DNA of 64,000 bases. Source: Eledone cirrhosa (lineage: Eukaryota). Both the position numbers and the translations under genes were made by a program. Location: assembly GCA_964016885.1 (NCBI GenBank), contig OZ024742.1, positions 361,770,001 to 361,834,000 on the forward strand, in the 5' to 3' direction. Position 1 is the first letter of the stretch. Each line of letters starts with the position of its first letter. Shown here in pieces: positions 13,871 through 27,525 of the stretch. The notes beneath the pieces were generated by a model. The model was not told the DNA's origin. It was given only the letters and a program-made list of their open reading frames with translations, and did not search any database.

Positions 13871-14187
13871 TCTGCTAAGAAAACTGGAAGCTATTACTAA
13901 TTTATTTTCCAAAAAATCAACTTAGTTTAATCCTGAACCGCGGGTTCACGTATAAATATTACAACCTTCTTCATAGTTTATTTCTTATTACTGTGCTTGA
14001 TTCTTTCATTTCATGTTGCTACTTTAATGGCTGAAAGTTGTTGCTATTGATGTTATTGTTGTTGTTATTATTGCTGTTGTTACTGTTGTTGTTGTTGTTA
14101 GTTATATTGCTGTAGTTGTTGTTGCCACCCACGTTATATATTAGTCTAAAATATGATTTCGAGCAAGTTTACCTTTCTCAAGGACAT

Positions 14188-14590
14188 TGTAAGGTCTTCA
14201 AAATGTTTTTAATTAAGCATACAGTATATTGCCAAATATACTATATATACATCGCTATTTCAGAGCATTAATTCTAATTTTCAATTTTTGCTGGACAGGC
14301 AATCGCTCTGTATAATCAGTTCCTGATTATTACTGGAATTCTATAAGAATCCAACATCTATAATTTTCAACAGACAAAGGCGAGTGCTAAGCTCCGATGA
14401 TTACCAACAGATCTGTCAGCTTATCTCCCTTTGTTTGTTTAAAAAAGAAGTTACATAGTCACTACTTTAAAATAATAGCGCAAGGTCTTCAAAATGTTTT
14501 TAATTAAGCATACAGTATATTGCCAAATATACTATATATACATTCATGTATACATCGCTATTTCAGAGCACCAATTCTAATTTTCAATAA
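14188..14590 (+). mobile_element. Retrozyme-like tandem repeat (291-bp period) with decayed HHR at 14389-14422
   Basis: aaggtcttcaaaatg at 14191 and 14482; aagct-CCGATGA-ttacc-AAC-agatct-GTC-agctt, stem II deleted. Confidence 0.7.
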
Positions 14591-14758
14591 AACATGCGTA
14601 AAAGTGAAAGTGAGTTTAATGAGTTAATTTTGCAATCACGTCACGTGGTTCTAGGTCCAGTTCCGTTGTTAGCACATTGGCAAATGTCTTCCATTACAAT
14701 CTTGGGTTGACTTATGCACTTTGTGTTGAATTTGGCAGGCGGAAACTGAAGAAGAGTG

Positions 14759-14794
<36 letters not shown>

Positions 14795-14796
<2 letters not shown>

Positions 14797-14999
14797 CGAA
14801 GGAAATGTGGTAAGGAACCAGATGGACCATAACGCACCAAAGTACTCAATACTTAGGATAGTAGAGTGGGTAATAGGAACGAATAGGACCCCGACGGCTG
14901 AGCTCAAGCCGTTTCGACGGCTAATTCTGGACTACATAATTCTAGTCCAGAATTAGCCGTCGAAACGGCTTGAGCTCACCCGTCGGGGTCCTACTCGTT

Positions 15000-15004
<5 letters not shown>
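14795..15004. mobile_element. Fold-back pLTR end carrying the 3' half of an HHR on both arms
   Basis: Arms 14873-14934 and 14943-15004; GAAAC-ggc..cc-GTC-ggggtc; family shared with 19150-19340 and 60950-61070. Confidence 0.8.
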
Positions 15005-15054
<50 letters not shown>

Positions 15055-15057
<3 letters not shown>

Positions 15058-18000
15058 CGAAACATAAGTCAATTGCATGAACTCATAATCCTTTATTTAC
15101 TGCTATATATATTTCGATGATAGCCATTCAATGGCTATGACCTCATCAGGCAGTTAGTCAATTCTTAGATATGCCAGCACTGTGTGTATAGTGTGGATGG
15201 TATCAGAGCCTTGGGACATATGAGCTTGTTAGAAATACTTTGATGTTGTCAGCAGGAATGGTCTTGATTCTCATTGGTCAGGTTGTAGATGGTAGTATGT
15301 TGGTCAGATATATTTTCAAATAAGTTTAATAGTATGAAATAGATACTACAGGTCATCTTAAAATGAGGAATTTATGTGGAGTGGTGCTACTGAAAATTAT
15401 GGTTGGAGTAGAAAGTTTACAAATAAAAAGGCTTATCTAGGTTAGCTTGCACTACACTCACACCCATCCCCACAGACACACACACGCATCCACACATACA
15501 AATAGTGGGGTGGTAATACTTAATATAATGGTTAGAGTCCAATACTTAGATAGTTTAGAAAATTTAGAAATAAAAAGTTTATGCTGGTTCACTTGTACAC
15601 ACACTCACACCTACCCCCTCAAATACTCACACATCTACACACACAAATCCATACAGGTGTGTATATATATACATGCATGCATGCATGTACGCACAAGTAT
15701 ACACACATATATATATATAAAATATATATATATACACAGAACATACATATACATAAAATATATACATACAAAAATATAAAAAATATATATATACATAGAA
15801 TACACACACACAAAATATATACACACGTAAAACATACATATATATATATATAAAAATACACACACACATACACACATATATATATAAAATATATACATAC
15901 AGATACGCACACATATATAATACGCATACATACACATATAAAATACACATATATATACACATGATACATATATACATATATATATATAAAATCAGGTTCA
16001 ATAAAACATTGTTTAGATGACTCGTAACCAGTAGAGGTTCCGGGGGACCATCCACCATAGGGTGGTTGTTGTTGTCCATTGGTCATTGGTACGGGGTGTA
16101 GGGGACCTACAGCAGAGGGGGGAGGGGGGGGGGGGGGGGGGCTCGTGGGAGGCCGTAACCGGGGTTTATCCATATAGCTTGAGGAAAGTTCCTGTCCTTA
16201 GGTGTCTGCAGGCACCGAATAAGTCGGCCTTTCTGTTTAATAGCTTGGTTCCGGCATGAAGAATCTCGAGTGTCTCACTAAGACAGAGGTTGCAAATACC
16301 AGACCCGCCTCTGTCTGGGGTAACCTTTCTAACCACGGACCAGACCAGAGAGTGCGGGGTCTTTTCAAGTTTGAGCTTCCAGATCACTTCAGAAAGGGCC
16401 GTACATTTCCTCTTATCTATTCTGTTAAAGGAATGGCGATGGTTATACCACCGAGCTTTGAAGCTCGTCGCTGTGGATCCTATGTAGTGGTGCTCCAAGT
16501 TAGGGGTAGACCACGCACCTGTAGACCACGTTTTTGGTCATGCATTCATTACTAAGGGGGCATAGCGATGGGTCTCTGCAATTACATGACTTCTTAAGCC
16601 CCACCACATGTACTGCGTGGTTAGCATCACTCGGGGTTGGCTGGGTAGCCTTCGCAATCAGCACAGGGTCGTTGGGTTCCGGTGTGCTAGTTGGGCCTGT
16701 CCGGGTTCCGATGCGTCCCGTGTGCTGATTCTGTTGGGTGGCTCCGGGTTTTAGAGGCACTGAGCCTATTCCTATTTATGCCAGCTATGTGCTGGGCTAC
16801 GGGGCGTGTGGTTGAGTAGGAAAGTTTCACCGTGTGCCTGTTGAATATTTCATGGTACTTATGGGCCCTAGGGAAACATATATCCAGTACTCTAAATAAT
16901 GTTCTAGCCAGGCTGGTACGTAGACCCACCGAGTACGGAGGGTTATACCATGTGACCTTCCTGGTCCTATTCTTGCGGGGTTGTTGGGTGTCCGCCGTGG
17001 GCCATCGCGTGGTTGTGCACAGCTCAGGTCGAGCACGGTTGGTGTCACTTGGGTGTGCGGAGCGGTCACTATCATGAGGGTTATATAGGCCCACCGTGGG
17101 GCTATAAACGTGCGAGGTGCGGCCTCCCTGCTCAATTAGGATTCGGCGGGTGGTGGGGCCGATGAAGGGGTGCCTATGCTCCGCAGCACAGCGGTCTTCA
17201 GCGTTGTAGGTATTAGACGGGTGGCGTATGCGGGACCTTCCACCGGGTTTGGTGACGGTAAGGGGTCTGGGAGTGTTACTACTGGTCACCGAGGTATTAG
17301 GTGGGCGACTCATGCCCCTGAGGGTATTGGTCCGGGGTACTCTTGGGTCATCTCGATCATGTCCCTTAGGGTTATAGCTGATCCTATCGCTGTGGGACGC
17401 CTTAGCTAGAGCTGAGTTATAGTAATCAGCTTTACTATTGAAGATCTCTTTATTGGCCGACAAGTTAGAGATCCTGTCAGAGACACACTTAACTACGGCC
17501 TTAACTATAGATCTAGGGTTATTAGACTCAGCGTTGATATACACCAGCTTCTCATTGGGTTTATGATATGGGTGGTGTAGCTTGGTGTTGAGGTTGAGGG
17601 TGGTGTCCAGGAAATTCACTACTTTTCTATTGGGTTACATCTCTACCTTAAGTCCTACCTTGCTAAAGAAGTGCCTAATTCTCCTATTTTCAACCTTTGT
17701 GGTCCACTACGGTGAAGAGTGCGTCGTCTCGGTACAGCCCGCCGCCCAGGTTGGGTATTTCCCTCCTGATCTCGTAGAGTATGTATATCCCAACCAAGTC
17801 CGTTAGCTGCGCGGAGTCACTAGAGCCCATTGTAATGTCAAAATTATTTGGCCAGTCGCTCCGGGTCCATATGTCCCCACCGAATCGGATCAGGGTCTTT
17901 CTGGCGGCGTGTATGATTCGGACCTCGTCGCGTGTTAGGTCTGTTCTATTCATCGCGAATATGAGTGCCTTGTTCAGGACTATGGGCGAGATAGAGGAGT

Positions 18001-18363
18001 AGTAATTATTGATGTCTAGTTGTATGAAGCTAGTCCTATGTTTTTCAGGCAAAAATGTAAACCAGTCCAGCACCTGGCTGGTGCAGGACCAGAGTTGTAA
18101 CCTTATTTTACTCTTAAGTGTGGGCAGGATTCTATCTAAAATGCTTTTGCTAATAACCCCCATGTCTGACCGGGAGGGGCTATCAGTCTGACCGGCAGGT
18201 CAGACTCAAAGTTTGGTTTGTGGTCCTTAATGTTAATCCTCGGCTACCTTGGTTGGTATGGGGCCGTCCTATCATCTATACCAAGACCAGAAACGATCTC
18301 ATAAGCCTTGATGTTGATATCCTCCAGGGTGGCCTCGGGCGTTTTTTTGTAGCTTTTTCACAA

Positions 18364-18365
<2 letters not shown>
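15055..18365 (-). mobile_element. Penelope-like element with frameshifted RT and GIY-YIG
   Basis: 17690-18163: FIQLDINNYY, FDITMGSSDSA, GLYRDD; 16687-17619: NFLDTTLNL, VTWYNPPYS; 16500-16760: CNCRDPSLCPL; 16166-16498: YIGSTATSFKARWYNH. Assigning 15055-15540 as its pLTR is inferred from position. Confidence 0.9.
15099..15154 (-). ncRNA. Type I HHR, canonical core
   Basis: Minus strand: actgc-CTGATGA-ggtcatagccat/tga/atggctatcatc-GAAA-T-atat-ATA-gcagt. Confidence 0.85.
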
Positions 18366-18412
<47 letters not shown>

Positions 18413-19149
18413 ATGTTGCCAATAAGAAACACACGCACCAGTTGCTTTCACTTCAATTTATTATAATAAATTTATAAATTTAGGAATTTATAAATTTCCG
18501 GTTGGTTGGTTGGTTCCACAACCAGATGATTGTTTATATATTGTCAAAGTTCTTTCGTCACACATTCTGTGACCTCTTCAGTGACTGGGGATTCTTTTCT
18601 TTGTTTTTGTGCCTCTCCTATGTTCTGTTCTACGCCATCTTGAAAAAACAAGATGGCATATATACATACGAACATATATACATACGAACACCCACACCTT
18701 TTTATTAAGGTTTATTTATTCTAAGTAAACAAAAAAAGTTTAATTGAGTGACTGAATTTTCAGGCTCTAGCCAAAGAATTTACTCTCTACTAATGTATTG
18801 TACCTTACTTACTGTGGTTACCCCCAATTGAACTCTGGATACACACACACACACACACACATGTTATTATGCGAGTAACTTGTGGTTACAAGCGGCGACG
18901 CTAGTCGAAGCAATCGAGGCTGCTACGGAGACCGTCTCTCGTTCGGTTGTACTCCATGTTTAAGGAGGCTGTAGGTGGTGGGGAAAGGGTTGAATGCGGG
19001 TGTGTAAGTGGGGGTTAGTGGGGGTTGGGAGTGTGGAGTGGGTGGTGTACGTAGGTGTGGGTGTGTGTGTGTGTGATGGTGTGTGTTCGTGTGCATGGGG
19101 TCGGGGGGATCTTAGTGATATTAGTTGTGGGGTGGTCGGAGTGATATAT

Positions 19150-19340
19150 ATATAACAAAGAAGGTATAGTAAGATACCAAGTGGACCATAACGCACCAGA
19201 GTACTCGATACTTAGGGTATTAGATTGGGTAATATAAAAAGCGTCAAGACCCCGACGGCTGAGCTCCGCCGTTTCGACAGCTAGATCCGAACATTTCCGA
19301 TTTAGCTGTCGAAACGGTCGGGGTCCTTACTCTTTATATA
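19150..19340. mobile_element. Fold-back pLTR end, same family as 14795-15004
   Basis: gaccccgacggc...gtttcgacagctagatc / gatttagctgtcgaaacgg..tcggggtc. Confidence 0.75.
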
Positions 19341-20820
19341 TATATAGATATATATATATCAGCATACTCCGCTCCCCCCGCCTCAGATGTTGCCCCCCCC
19401 ACTCCAAAGGGCAAAGGCTGATACGGATTGGCACTGGTGACGTCGCAATTCCTGCTTTCTAGCTGACACACAATGCCCGTCACCATCCGGTAATCGAACT
19501 AACACTATCACGATTGTAATTCCAACACTTTAACCACCAACCCAGACACGAGAGCACTGCAAATTAACGGAAGACATGGAGATCTGAGTTGACGAGACGG
19601 TTTCAATTCTTTGTTATTGCTATAGCACTCTCACTTGAGTAAACACCTCTACTAGTGCAAGGTGTGAAATTTTCACTTGAAGTTGAAACCTTTTGTCTTT
19701 GTAACAAATCAATTCTCAGCATCAGTTTCTATTATCAAAAGGTGCATCTTCAACTGTGCATCCTTCACGTGAATAACAATCAGCAGAATGTTTTAAACAT
19801 TCTTATTGTCAGCTGCGTGAAGCCTTCTTTTACTTTTTAATTTTCTTGCCCATATCTTGATCTAGATTTTAAAGTTCACACATATAATAGTCAATAACTG
19901 CCATTTACAAAACATTATTCCACAAAGAAATGTGTAATCTCATTTATCCCAGAATTTTAAACACTTCTTATTTTAAAGTTTTACTTATATTTTGTTTCTC
20001 GTATCTATCAACATTTGGTTATATGTGAAATTAAGATGGGGTACCAGTAATTAACGGAGGTATCTTGCCGATTGTTGAGTGTACATTTCGTATAATTTAC
20101 ACGCGTCAGTCTCGATAAGTCTTTGATTTGTTAATACTGATGATGATGGTGATGATGATGATGATGATGATGTTAATATTGATGTTGTTGAGTCATTAGA
20201 GCGTTGGATATCTGTTCCAGGTTTCTGTGTTTTGAATTCAAATCACACCGAGCTCTACTTTGCCTGTCATCCTTTCGGGAAAGCGGGTAAAGAAAGTATC
20301 AGCCTAGTGCAGGTGTATCCCTTTCTTCTCCCAGCTGACACATTCCGGATGTTTCGCAGAATCAAGAGAAGGAAGGTCGGTGAGGTGTCTGTGTCTGTTC
20401 GCGACTGCATGGGCACCTAAAACCTATAGCGAAAGCACGGTACATATTTCTAAGTCACCCTCAATTGTGAGTGAAGGCTCTAGTTAGTTAATAAGGTCTA
20501 TTTTGTTACTCACCCATGCCTACTAAATGCGCCATAAATCGAAGTATTTTATTAAATATATATCGTGCTGAGGGACTCTGTCCATGGGAGAGAGTGAGGG
20601 AGAGAAAGATGAACTGCAATTCAAAGGGGCAGTCTTGTACCAGTTTGTGTCATGCTGGATTCCTTAAGAATTGCGTTAACGGTACACGTGTCTATCAAAT
20701 GTTCCAATATACTAATTTCATGGGCAGCCTCTTCTGTTTATACAATAACTGAAACACTCATCACCGAAACCGTCGGAGATCTATTCCATATTGTAAAACG
20801 AAATATAGCTTTGCACTTCT

Positions 20821-20867
<47 letters not shown>

Positions 20868-21047
20868 ATATATATATATATATATAGTTAAAAGAATAGA
20901 GGTGTAACACACAAGTTATTATATATTGGTAAACGGAATAGAAAATGCTGACAAATTGTTCACAGTTGAAAAATGGTTTAATTAGGAATAAAAGAGTATT
21001 AGTGATTGTATGGATTAGTATTCAGTTGTGGTTTTAAGTTTTTAAGT

Positions 21048-21084
21048 TTTTACCGGTTACGCATTTCTAAATGCTTTTCAAAAA
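21048..21084 (-). ncRNA. Minimal HHR-like motif (U3:A8, GUAA)
   Basis: Minus strand: ttt-TTGAAAA-gcattt/ag/aaatgc-GTAA-C-cg-GTA-aaa. Confidence 0.55.
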
Positions 21085-21592
21085 TAATTTTGAGATAGAG
21101 TATCCGTGCTGTTTGCTCTGATCTGATTAGTTTTGGGAATTCTACTTGTTTTTATGTTAAAAAAGTGGCTCCAGCGTTATTTTTGTGCTGCAAAAATGCT
21201 TGTGGTCAAAACAATTTTGATTGGTCGGTAGAGGTCATGTGAATGTAAAAGGTCTTAAATTCACACCGACCCCACTACGTCCTAACTACTATGAAATGAA
21301 GGAAGACATCACAGACTTCTGTAGAAAGTTACGACTTAGTGAACAACTATTCGACCAGTACAATGAGGATGAATGATTAGCCAGAAATAGAAGCAATTAC
21401 ACCTCTTCAAAAGGTAGAAATAAAATCCTGGACGAATTCTGTGAACACATCACAAACTTCCCTTACCAACACTTGCACAGACAAAAACACAAGTCAAACC
21501 TCAACAAGAAAGAATAGGAAGAATTAAATAGATTAAAAACCGACAGAACCATTACAATTAAAGAGGCTGATAAAGGGAGTACAGTAGTCCTA

Positions 21593-23443
21593 ATGGAGAC
21601 AGAATTCTATATCAACTTAGCGCTCTCCACTTTGGAAAACGAAACATACTACGAAAAGGCTGAACACTACAATCAACAGAAAATTATGAGAAACCTAAAA
21701 ACTCTAATCAACCAATACAAAGAAGGACTCACTAACAAGGAATTCAGCTTCATCACAGACTTCACAAGTAAATCCAGCCTTTTCTACAGTATCCCTAAAG
21801 TACATAAAAGCGAATCAATCAGTAAGGCATGCAAGGAAGCCACAGACATAGTCATCAATGTCCCCTCACCCAATGATCTCAAATTAAGACCTATAATAGC
21901 AGGCCCCGCTTGCGAAACGCACCGTCTTAGCAACTTCATTGATACCCTTCTCAAACCCTTCCTCAAGCACATCAAAAGCTATATAAGGGACGACCTAGAT
22001 ATGCTCAATCACCTCCCTAATATGCCACTTTCTGAACAAACCCTACTAGTGACGTTCGATGTAGTCAACCTATACTCCAACATCCCCCACAACCTAGGAA
22101 TAGAAGCTATCCAATTCTGGCTGGATAATTTCCAAAATGAACTCCCACAACGCATCAAAAAAGAATTCGTGATAGAGGGACTCAAATTTATCTTGGAGAA
22201 CAATTACTTCGTTTTCAATAACAAACCCTACAGGCAGAAATCTGGGACCGCTATGGGAACGAAAACAGCCCCTACTTATGCCAACCTAGTCATGGGATAC
22301 CTGGAAATCACCCTCTACACTAAAGTCCTAAACAAATTTGGAAACACCCTCCACTTACACATTGAAAGGAACTGGAAGCGATATCTAGATGACTGCTTCA
22401 TCCTTTGGCACGAAAACATCGAAACACTTAAAGAATTTCACACCCTTATATATGGGCTCAACACAAATATTAACTTCACGATGGAATACAGCCATCAACA
22501 ACTCCCCTTCCTCGACATCCTCATTAAGATCCATAATAAAAAAATAGAAACAGACATATACTACAAGCCCACAGACTCCAAGCAATATCTCCCCTTCAAC
22601 TCTTGCCACCCTAGACACGTTAAAATTAATATTCCCTACAACTTAGCCAAGAGAATCTGTACTATAGTCTCCAATAAAAACATCTGCTACTTACGGCTAC
22701 AAGAACTAAAGGACACACTCATAGGCAGGGACTACCCTGCATCACTAATTGGCAATGGAATCCAACGTGCCCTAAAACTCAGTACCCAGGACCTTAGACA
22801 CCCTAAAGTAAATCAACCAAAACTAAAAGCTCTTCCATACATCTCCACACACAACCCCCTCAACAATGAGGCCTTTGACACCATCCTCCAGAACATCCCT
22901 GTATTGAAAAAGGACCATAGAATGAACCAAATTCTACAAACACACGATATCATAAAGAGCAAAAGACAATCTAAGTCAATGAAAAACATCTTAACACATG
23001 CCAAAGTACTGCCAACCACAACAACGAAACCCACAGTAAAAAAATGCGATAGACCCAACTGTGGCATTTGCATCAACCTAATAGAGGGTTCGGAATTCTA
23101 TTTCAAAGATGGACAACGTTTTATAGTAAAACACAATTTCACATGTGCATCGGAAAATCTAATATATGTATTAACTTGTTCAGGTTGTCGAGAACAATAC
23201 ATAGGCCAGACCAAAAGCAGCCTCCGCCAACGCATGACTGTCCATAGATCCCAAATTAAAATACGGGAATACAGGAAAATACCACTGAGTGAACACATTG
23301 ATACCTGTGCCGCCCAAAATCATCCCAACTTCAGAATCTTTCCCCTCTACAAATTTAAAGATAATGCCACCCACACTCAGCGCATCAGCAAGGAATCTTA
23401 CTTCATTAACAAATACGGACCCCGACTAAACACTTCTCCCTAA
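21593..23443 (+). CDS. PLE reverse transcriptase plus Cys linker plus GIY-YIG endonuclease (616 aa; upstream part interrupted by stops)
   Basis: LRPII, TFDVVNLYSNI, GTAMGTKTAP, RYLDD, LPFLD, CDRPNCGIC, NLIYVLTC..QYIGQT..RQRMTVH..KE. Confidence 0.92.
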   Translation: METEFYINLALSTLENETYYEKAEHYNQQKIMRNLKTLINQYKEGLTNKEFSFITDFTSKSSLFYSIPKVHKSESISKACKEATDIVINVPSPNDLKLRPIIAGPACETHRLSNFIDTLLKPFLKHIKSYIRDDLDMLNHLPNMPLSEQTLLVTFDVVNLYSNIPHNLGIEAIQFWLDNFQNELPQRIKKEFVIEGLKFILENNYFVFNNKPYRQKSGTAMGTKTAPTYANLVMGYLEITLYTKVLNKFGNTLHLHIERNWKRYLDDCFILWHENIETLKEFHTLIYGLNTNINFTMEYSHQQLPFLDILIKIHNKKIETDIYYKPTDSKQYLPFNSCHPRHVKINIPYNLAKRICTIVSNKNICYLRLQELKDTLIGRDYPASLIGNGIQRALKLSTQDLRHPKVNQPKLKALPYISTHNPLNNEAFDTILQNIPVLKKDHRMNQILQTHDIIKSKRQSKSMKNILTHAKVLPTTTTKPTVKKCDRPNCGICINLIEGSEFYFKDGQRFIVKHNFTCASENLIYVLTCSGCREQYIGQTKSSLRQRMTVHRSQIKIREYRKIPLSEHIDTCAAQNHPNFRIFPLYKFKDNATHTQRISKESYFINKYGPRLNTSP

Positions 23444-23771
23444 GACGAACCCACAACATACACACGTCAACATACATACCTACATCAGCACACATCTCTA
23501 CCCACATATAAACACAATGACACACGTAAACACACATGCTCTATGGTGCAATACAAAAAAATATATGTGCATATATATGTATGTATATATGTATATATAT
23601 ATATATATATATATGTAGTGAATATATGTATGTGTATATATATATAGTGAATATCATTTCACACCTTTTATTGTTAAGATTTTTGATGTTCTATTAAGAG
23701 AACCGATTTTACTGAAAAAATCGAATAATGTACACCATTTTACCAGGGGGAAAAAAATACTGGTCCACCCC

Positions 23772-23809
<38 letters not shown>

Positions 23810-23971
23810 CACAAACACATACACACGCGTACATCAACATACAAAGAGACTTATATACACACACACACACGCACTTCTCCGTATAAGACAAAAGCTGAAA
23901 AATATCTTTTGACATGCTAAAATACCCCCATTGCTTTCAGACACATTCTCACTGACCCTCGAATTACTCTG

Positions 23972-24035
<64 letters not shown>

Positions 24036-24106
24036 ATCTTAATAGCCATTTGACACACATAGCTGCTGGCCATTGTCGCAGCATCGAACACCTTACTACT
24101 ACTACT

Positions 24107-24161
<55 letters not shown>

Positions 24162-24500
24162 TACACACACACACACACACACATATTTGTTGTGAAAGAG
24201 TCATTTCTCAATCTTGGCGCAAAACCAATTTTTTATCCACATGACCTCTACCGACCAATCAAAATTGTTTTGACCAAGAATTTTTGCTGGAGCCACTTTT
24301 TTAACATAAAAACAGTCTTGGCGCAAAATCAACTTTTTACATTCACATGACCTCTACCGACCAATCAAAATTGTTTTGACCACAAGCATTTTTGCAACAC
24401 AAAAATAACACTGGAGCCACTTTTTTAACATAAAAACAGGTAGAATTCCCCAAACTAATCAGATCAGAGCAAACAGCACGGACACTCTATCTCAAAATTA

Positions 24501-24537
24501 TTTTTGAAAAGCATTTAGAAATGCGCAACCGGTAAAA
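24501..24537 (+). ncRNA. Minimal HHR-like motif (U3:A8, GCAA)
   Basis: ttt-TTGAAAA-gcattt/ag/aaatgc-GCAA-C-cg-GTA-aaa. Confidence 0.55.
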
Positions 24538-24655
24538 ACTTAAAAACTTAAAACCACAACTGAATACTAACCCATACAATCACTAATACTCTTTTATTCC
24601 TAATTAAACCATTTTTCAACTGTGAACAATTTGTCAGCATTTTCTATTCCGTTTA

Positions 24656-24717
<62 letters not shown>

Positions 24718-24910
24718 GACAGGGGGGAAGAAAAAATGGCTTCACTTGTGCTTTCAACAAATTTATTTTCTTCACAAAATCAAAAAAGAATTTTTTTCCG
24801 GATTAGAAAAAAATTTTTTCTTAGAAAAAATTATTTTATAAATTAAGTTGTTGGTTGTTGGTTAGGTCTTAGGAGTTCTTGGTTAACGAATATATATATA
24901 TATATATATA

Positions 24911-25172
24911 TAACGAAGGAGAGGCTTGGTAATTGAAGATGGTTATATGTGGTTATTAGAAATGATATAACATAAATAAAGATTTAGTTTATATATAATG
25001 GTTTACTTCACTTCAATCAAAAAGTACAATAAAACAGTTACCAGAAGTTACGAAGGTTGACAAAGTTATTTTGTTGTTGATGTGAAAATAGCGAACAACC
25101 AGATAACATTTGTTGGTGGTTAAAGTTTGTTGCAGTCCCTCGTAGTAGTTCTCGTCCTGAGTCTATGACCAT

Positions 25173-25208
<36 letters not shown>

Positions 25209-26978
25209 ATGGTTTGTATACCTCTGAATAGTCTGTAGATGACTGTAGACCAGTGTGGCCTGTAGATAGCGGTGAATCTTTCACATAGCTTGTTGTAGGC
25301 GTAATACTCCGATCGTTCTGTTTTTCTGTAGACCACTGGGGGTCTGAAGATAGCGGTGAATCCTTCACAAGGCTTGTCTGTATCGTAATGCTCCGGTGTC
25401 TCTGTGTTTCTGTAGACCTCAAGGGCCTGAAGGTAGCGGTGAATCTTTACATAATTAGTTGCTAGCGTAATGCTCCGATCTTTCTGTATAAACGTGGGAT
25501 GATACAGGCTTTATATACCTGTCGCTTCCTGTCTCCCACCTTGAGGGGATAGCCCACGCATGAACCTGTTCACACCAAAAGGGTGTTGACCTAGAGTTTG
25601 ACCTTTAGATGTCACCTAAGGTTCAAGGCGTGGACAGATTTCGCCACATTAGTTCCCTACCCAGATCGATGCAGGAGCAGCGATCGATTATAAAAGGGGT
25701 AGCGAAATCTGTTTCCTAGAAGCGTGTCCCAAAACACAAAATATGGGTACTAAACCCGCACTTCGAGTGTAGAGAAATTTGGAGAGAGAAAATTATATCG
25801 TATAACTGTGTATGCATGTGTGTGTGTTACATTTAGAAGAAACTGTAAATATACAAAGTTGTGATCATGTATTTCGAACTGTTGTGTATGGATGGATGGA
25901 TGTTGGGGTTACGGTATCGGATTACGATATGATAACACAGAGGACTATTTATCTCGATGTATCATCGTACGTAAGATTCTCTTCCAGTGAGTCGAGGTTT
26001 ACGCTATGAGATGAGTGTGTGCAATTTTGAGTTGCGTGCTTCAGTGAGTTGAGCGAGTAGTAACCGTGGGTTGATTATCATGTGTTTAATAGCTGTTGCC
26101 GTACCTCGACTCGCTGTATCTCGACGTATTATCATACGTAAGATGCTTTTCCAGTGAGTCGAGGTTTATGCTATGACATGAGTGAGTGCAATTTTGAGTT
26201 ACGTGCTTTAGTGAGTCAAAGCGTGTAGTACCCGTGGGTGAGTTTCTCATGTGTTTAATAGCTGTTGCCGTACCTCGACCAGTTGAAAAGTGATCTCGCT
26301 GAGACCCAACCGAATCCAGAATATACCATAAACAAAAACATGTTGGTGTGTGACAAAGAAAATGATGTGTGTTTGATGCAAAACGTGTTATTCATACAGG
26401 CATATAATACAGTAAAACGAATAAAAAAAATAAAAATGATATTCATGTATAACTTGTAAAAAAAAAAAATTTATATAATTGTTCTTTACAAAAAGTTCAG
26501 TTTTCTCCTCTTTATGTGATCGTTTTCTTGCTAGGAAGCTAGTAGTATTGTTTGTTGTTGTTGGAGATTACGAAGCAAGTGGTGAAGTGTTTGGTAATGA
26601 GTTTAAGCGAAGTTACTGTAAATATTCCGTAGAATGGAAGTTTGGTGAGAGAAAGTTGTTGATATATCAAAAAGGCCGTGTGGTTTTCTTTCTTTTTTTA
26701 AATACCACTTCGTTTTTTGTTTTTTTAAAATCGATTCATTTTAACGAAGGAAACTTTTAATTGTTAGATGAAATAACAAGAATAAAGATTTAGTTTATAT
26801 ATAATGGTTTACTTCACTTCAATCAAAAAGTACAATAAAACAGTTACCAAAAGTTGCGAAGGTTGACAAAGTTATTTTGTTGTTGATGTGAAAACAGCGA
26901 ACAACCAGATAACATTTGTTGGTGGTTAAAGTTTGTTGCAGTCCCTCGTAGTAGTTCTCGTCCTGAGTCTATGACCAT

Positions 26979-27076
<98 letters not shown>

Positions 27077-27426
27077 ATGGTTTGTATACCTCTGAATAGT
27101 CTGTAGATGACTGTAGACCAGTGTGGCCTGTAGATAGCGGTGAATCTTTCACATAGCTTGTTGTAGGCGTAATGCTCCGATTGTTCTGTGTTTCTGTAGA
27201 CCTCAAGGGCCTGAAGGTAGCGGTGAATCTTTACATAATTAGTTGCTAGCGTAATGCTCCGATCTTTCTGTATAAACGTGGCATGATACAGGCTTTATAT
27301 ACCTGTCGCTTCCTGTCTCCCACCTTGAGGGATAGCCCACGCATGAACCTGTTCACACCAAAAGAGTGGTGACCTAGAGTTTGACCTTTAGGTGTCACCC
27401 AAGGTTCAAGGCGTGGACAAATTTCG

Positions 27427-27431
<5 letters not shown>
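24911..27431 (-). mobile_element. Non-autonomous LTR element with roughly 700-bp LTRs and a 1.1-kb non-coding interior
   Basis: Direct repeats 24911-25648 and 26742-27431; minus-strand starts TGT(A/G)GCGAAAT and ends CTTCGTTA; TATA-like gtatataaag; purine tract gggtagggaac before the 3' LTR. Confidence 0.7.

Positions 27432-27525
<94 letters not shown>

Larger units (their letters stand above)
20888..24662 (+). mobile_element. Penelope-like element (Neptune-like) with inverted 5' pLTR
   Basis: 20925-21250 is the reverse complement of 24335-24662; long RT-EN ORF; (TA)n flanks. Confidence 0.92.

Noticed and set aside
12859-13925. Long poly-L/V/C/W ORFs
   Set aside because: Translation of (GTT/GGT)n low complexity
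18890-18955. HHR-like CCGAACGA..GTAG on the minus strand
   Set aside because: Core has several mismatches and stem I does not pair
25649-25662. tRNA-Glu-like PBS (tagttcccta) implying a plus-strand LTR element
   Set aside because: Lacks TGG; the TATA box and purine tract fit the minus orientation better
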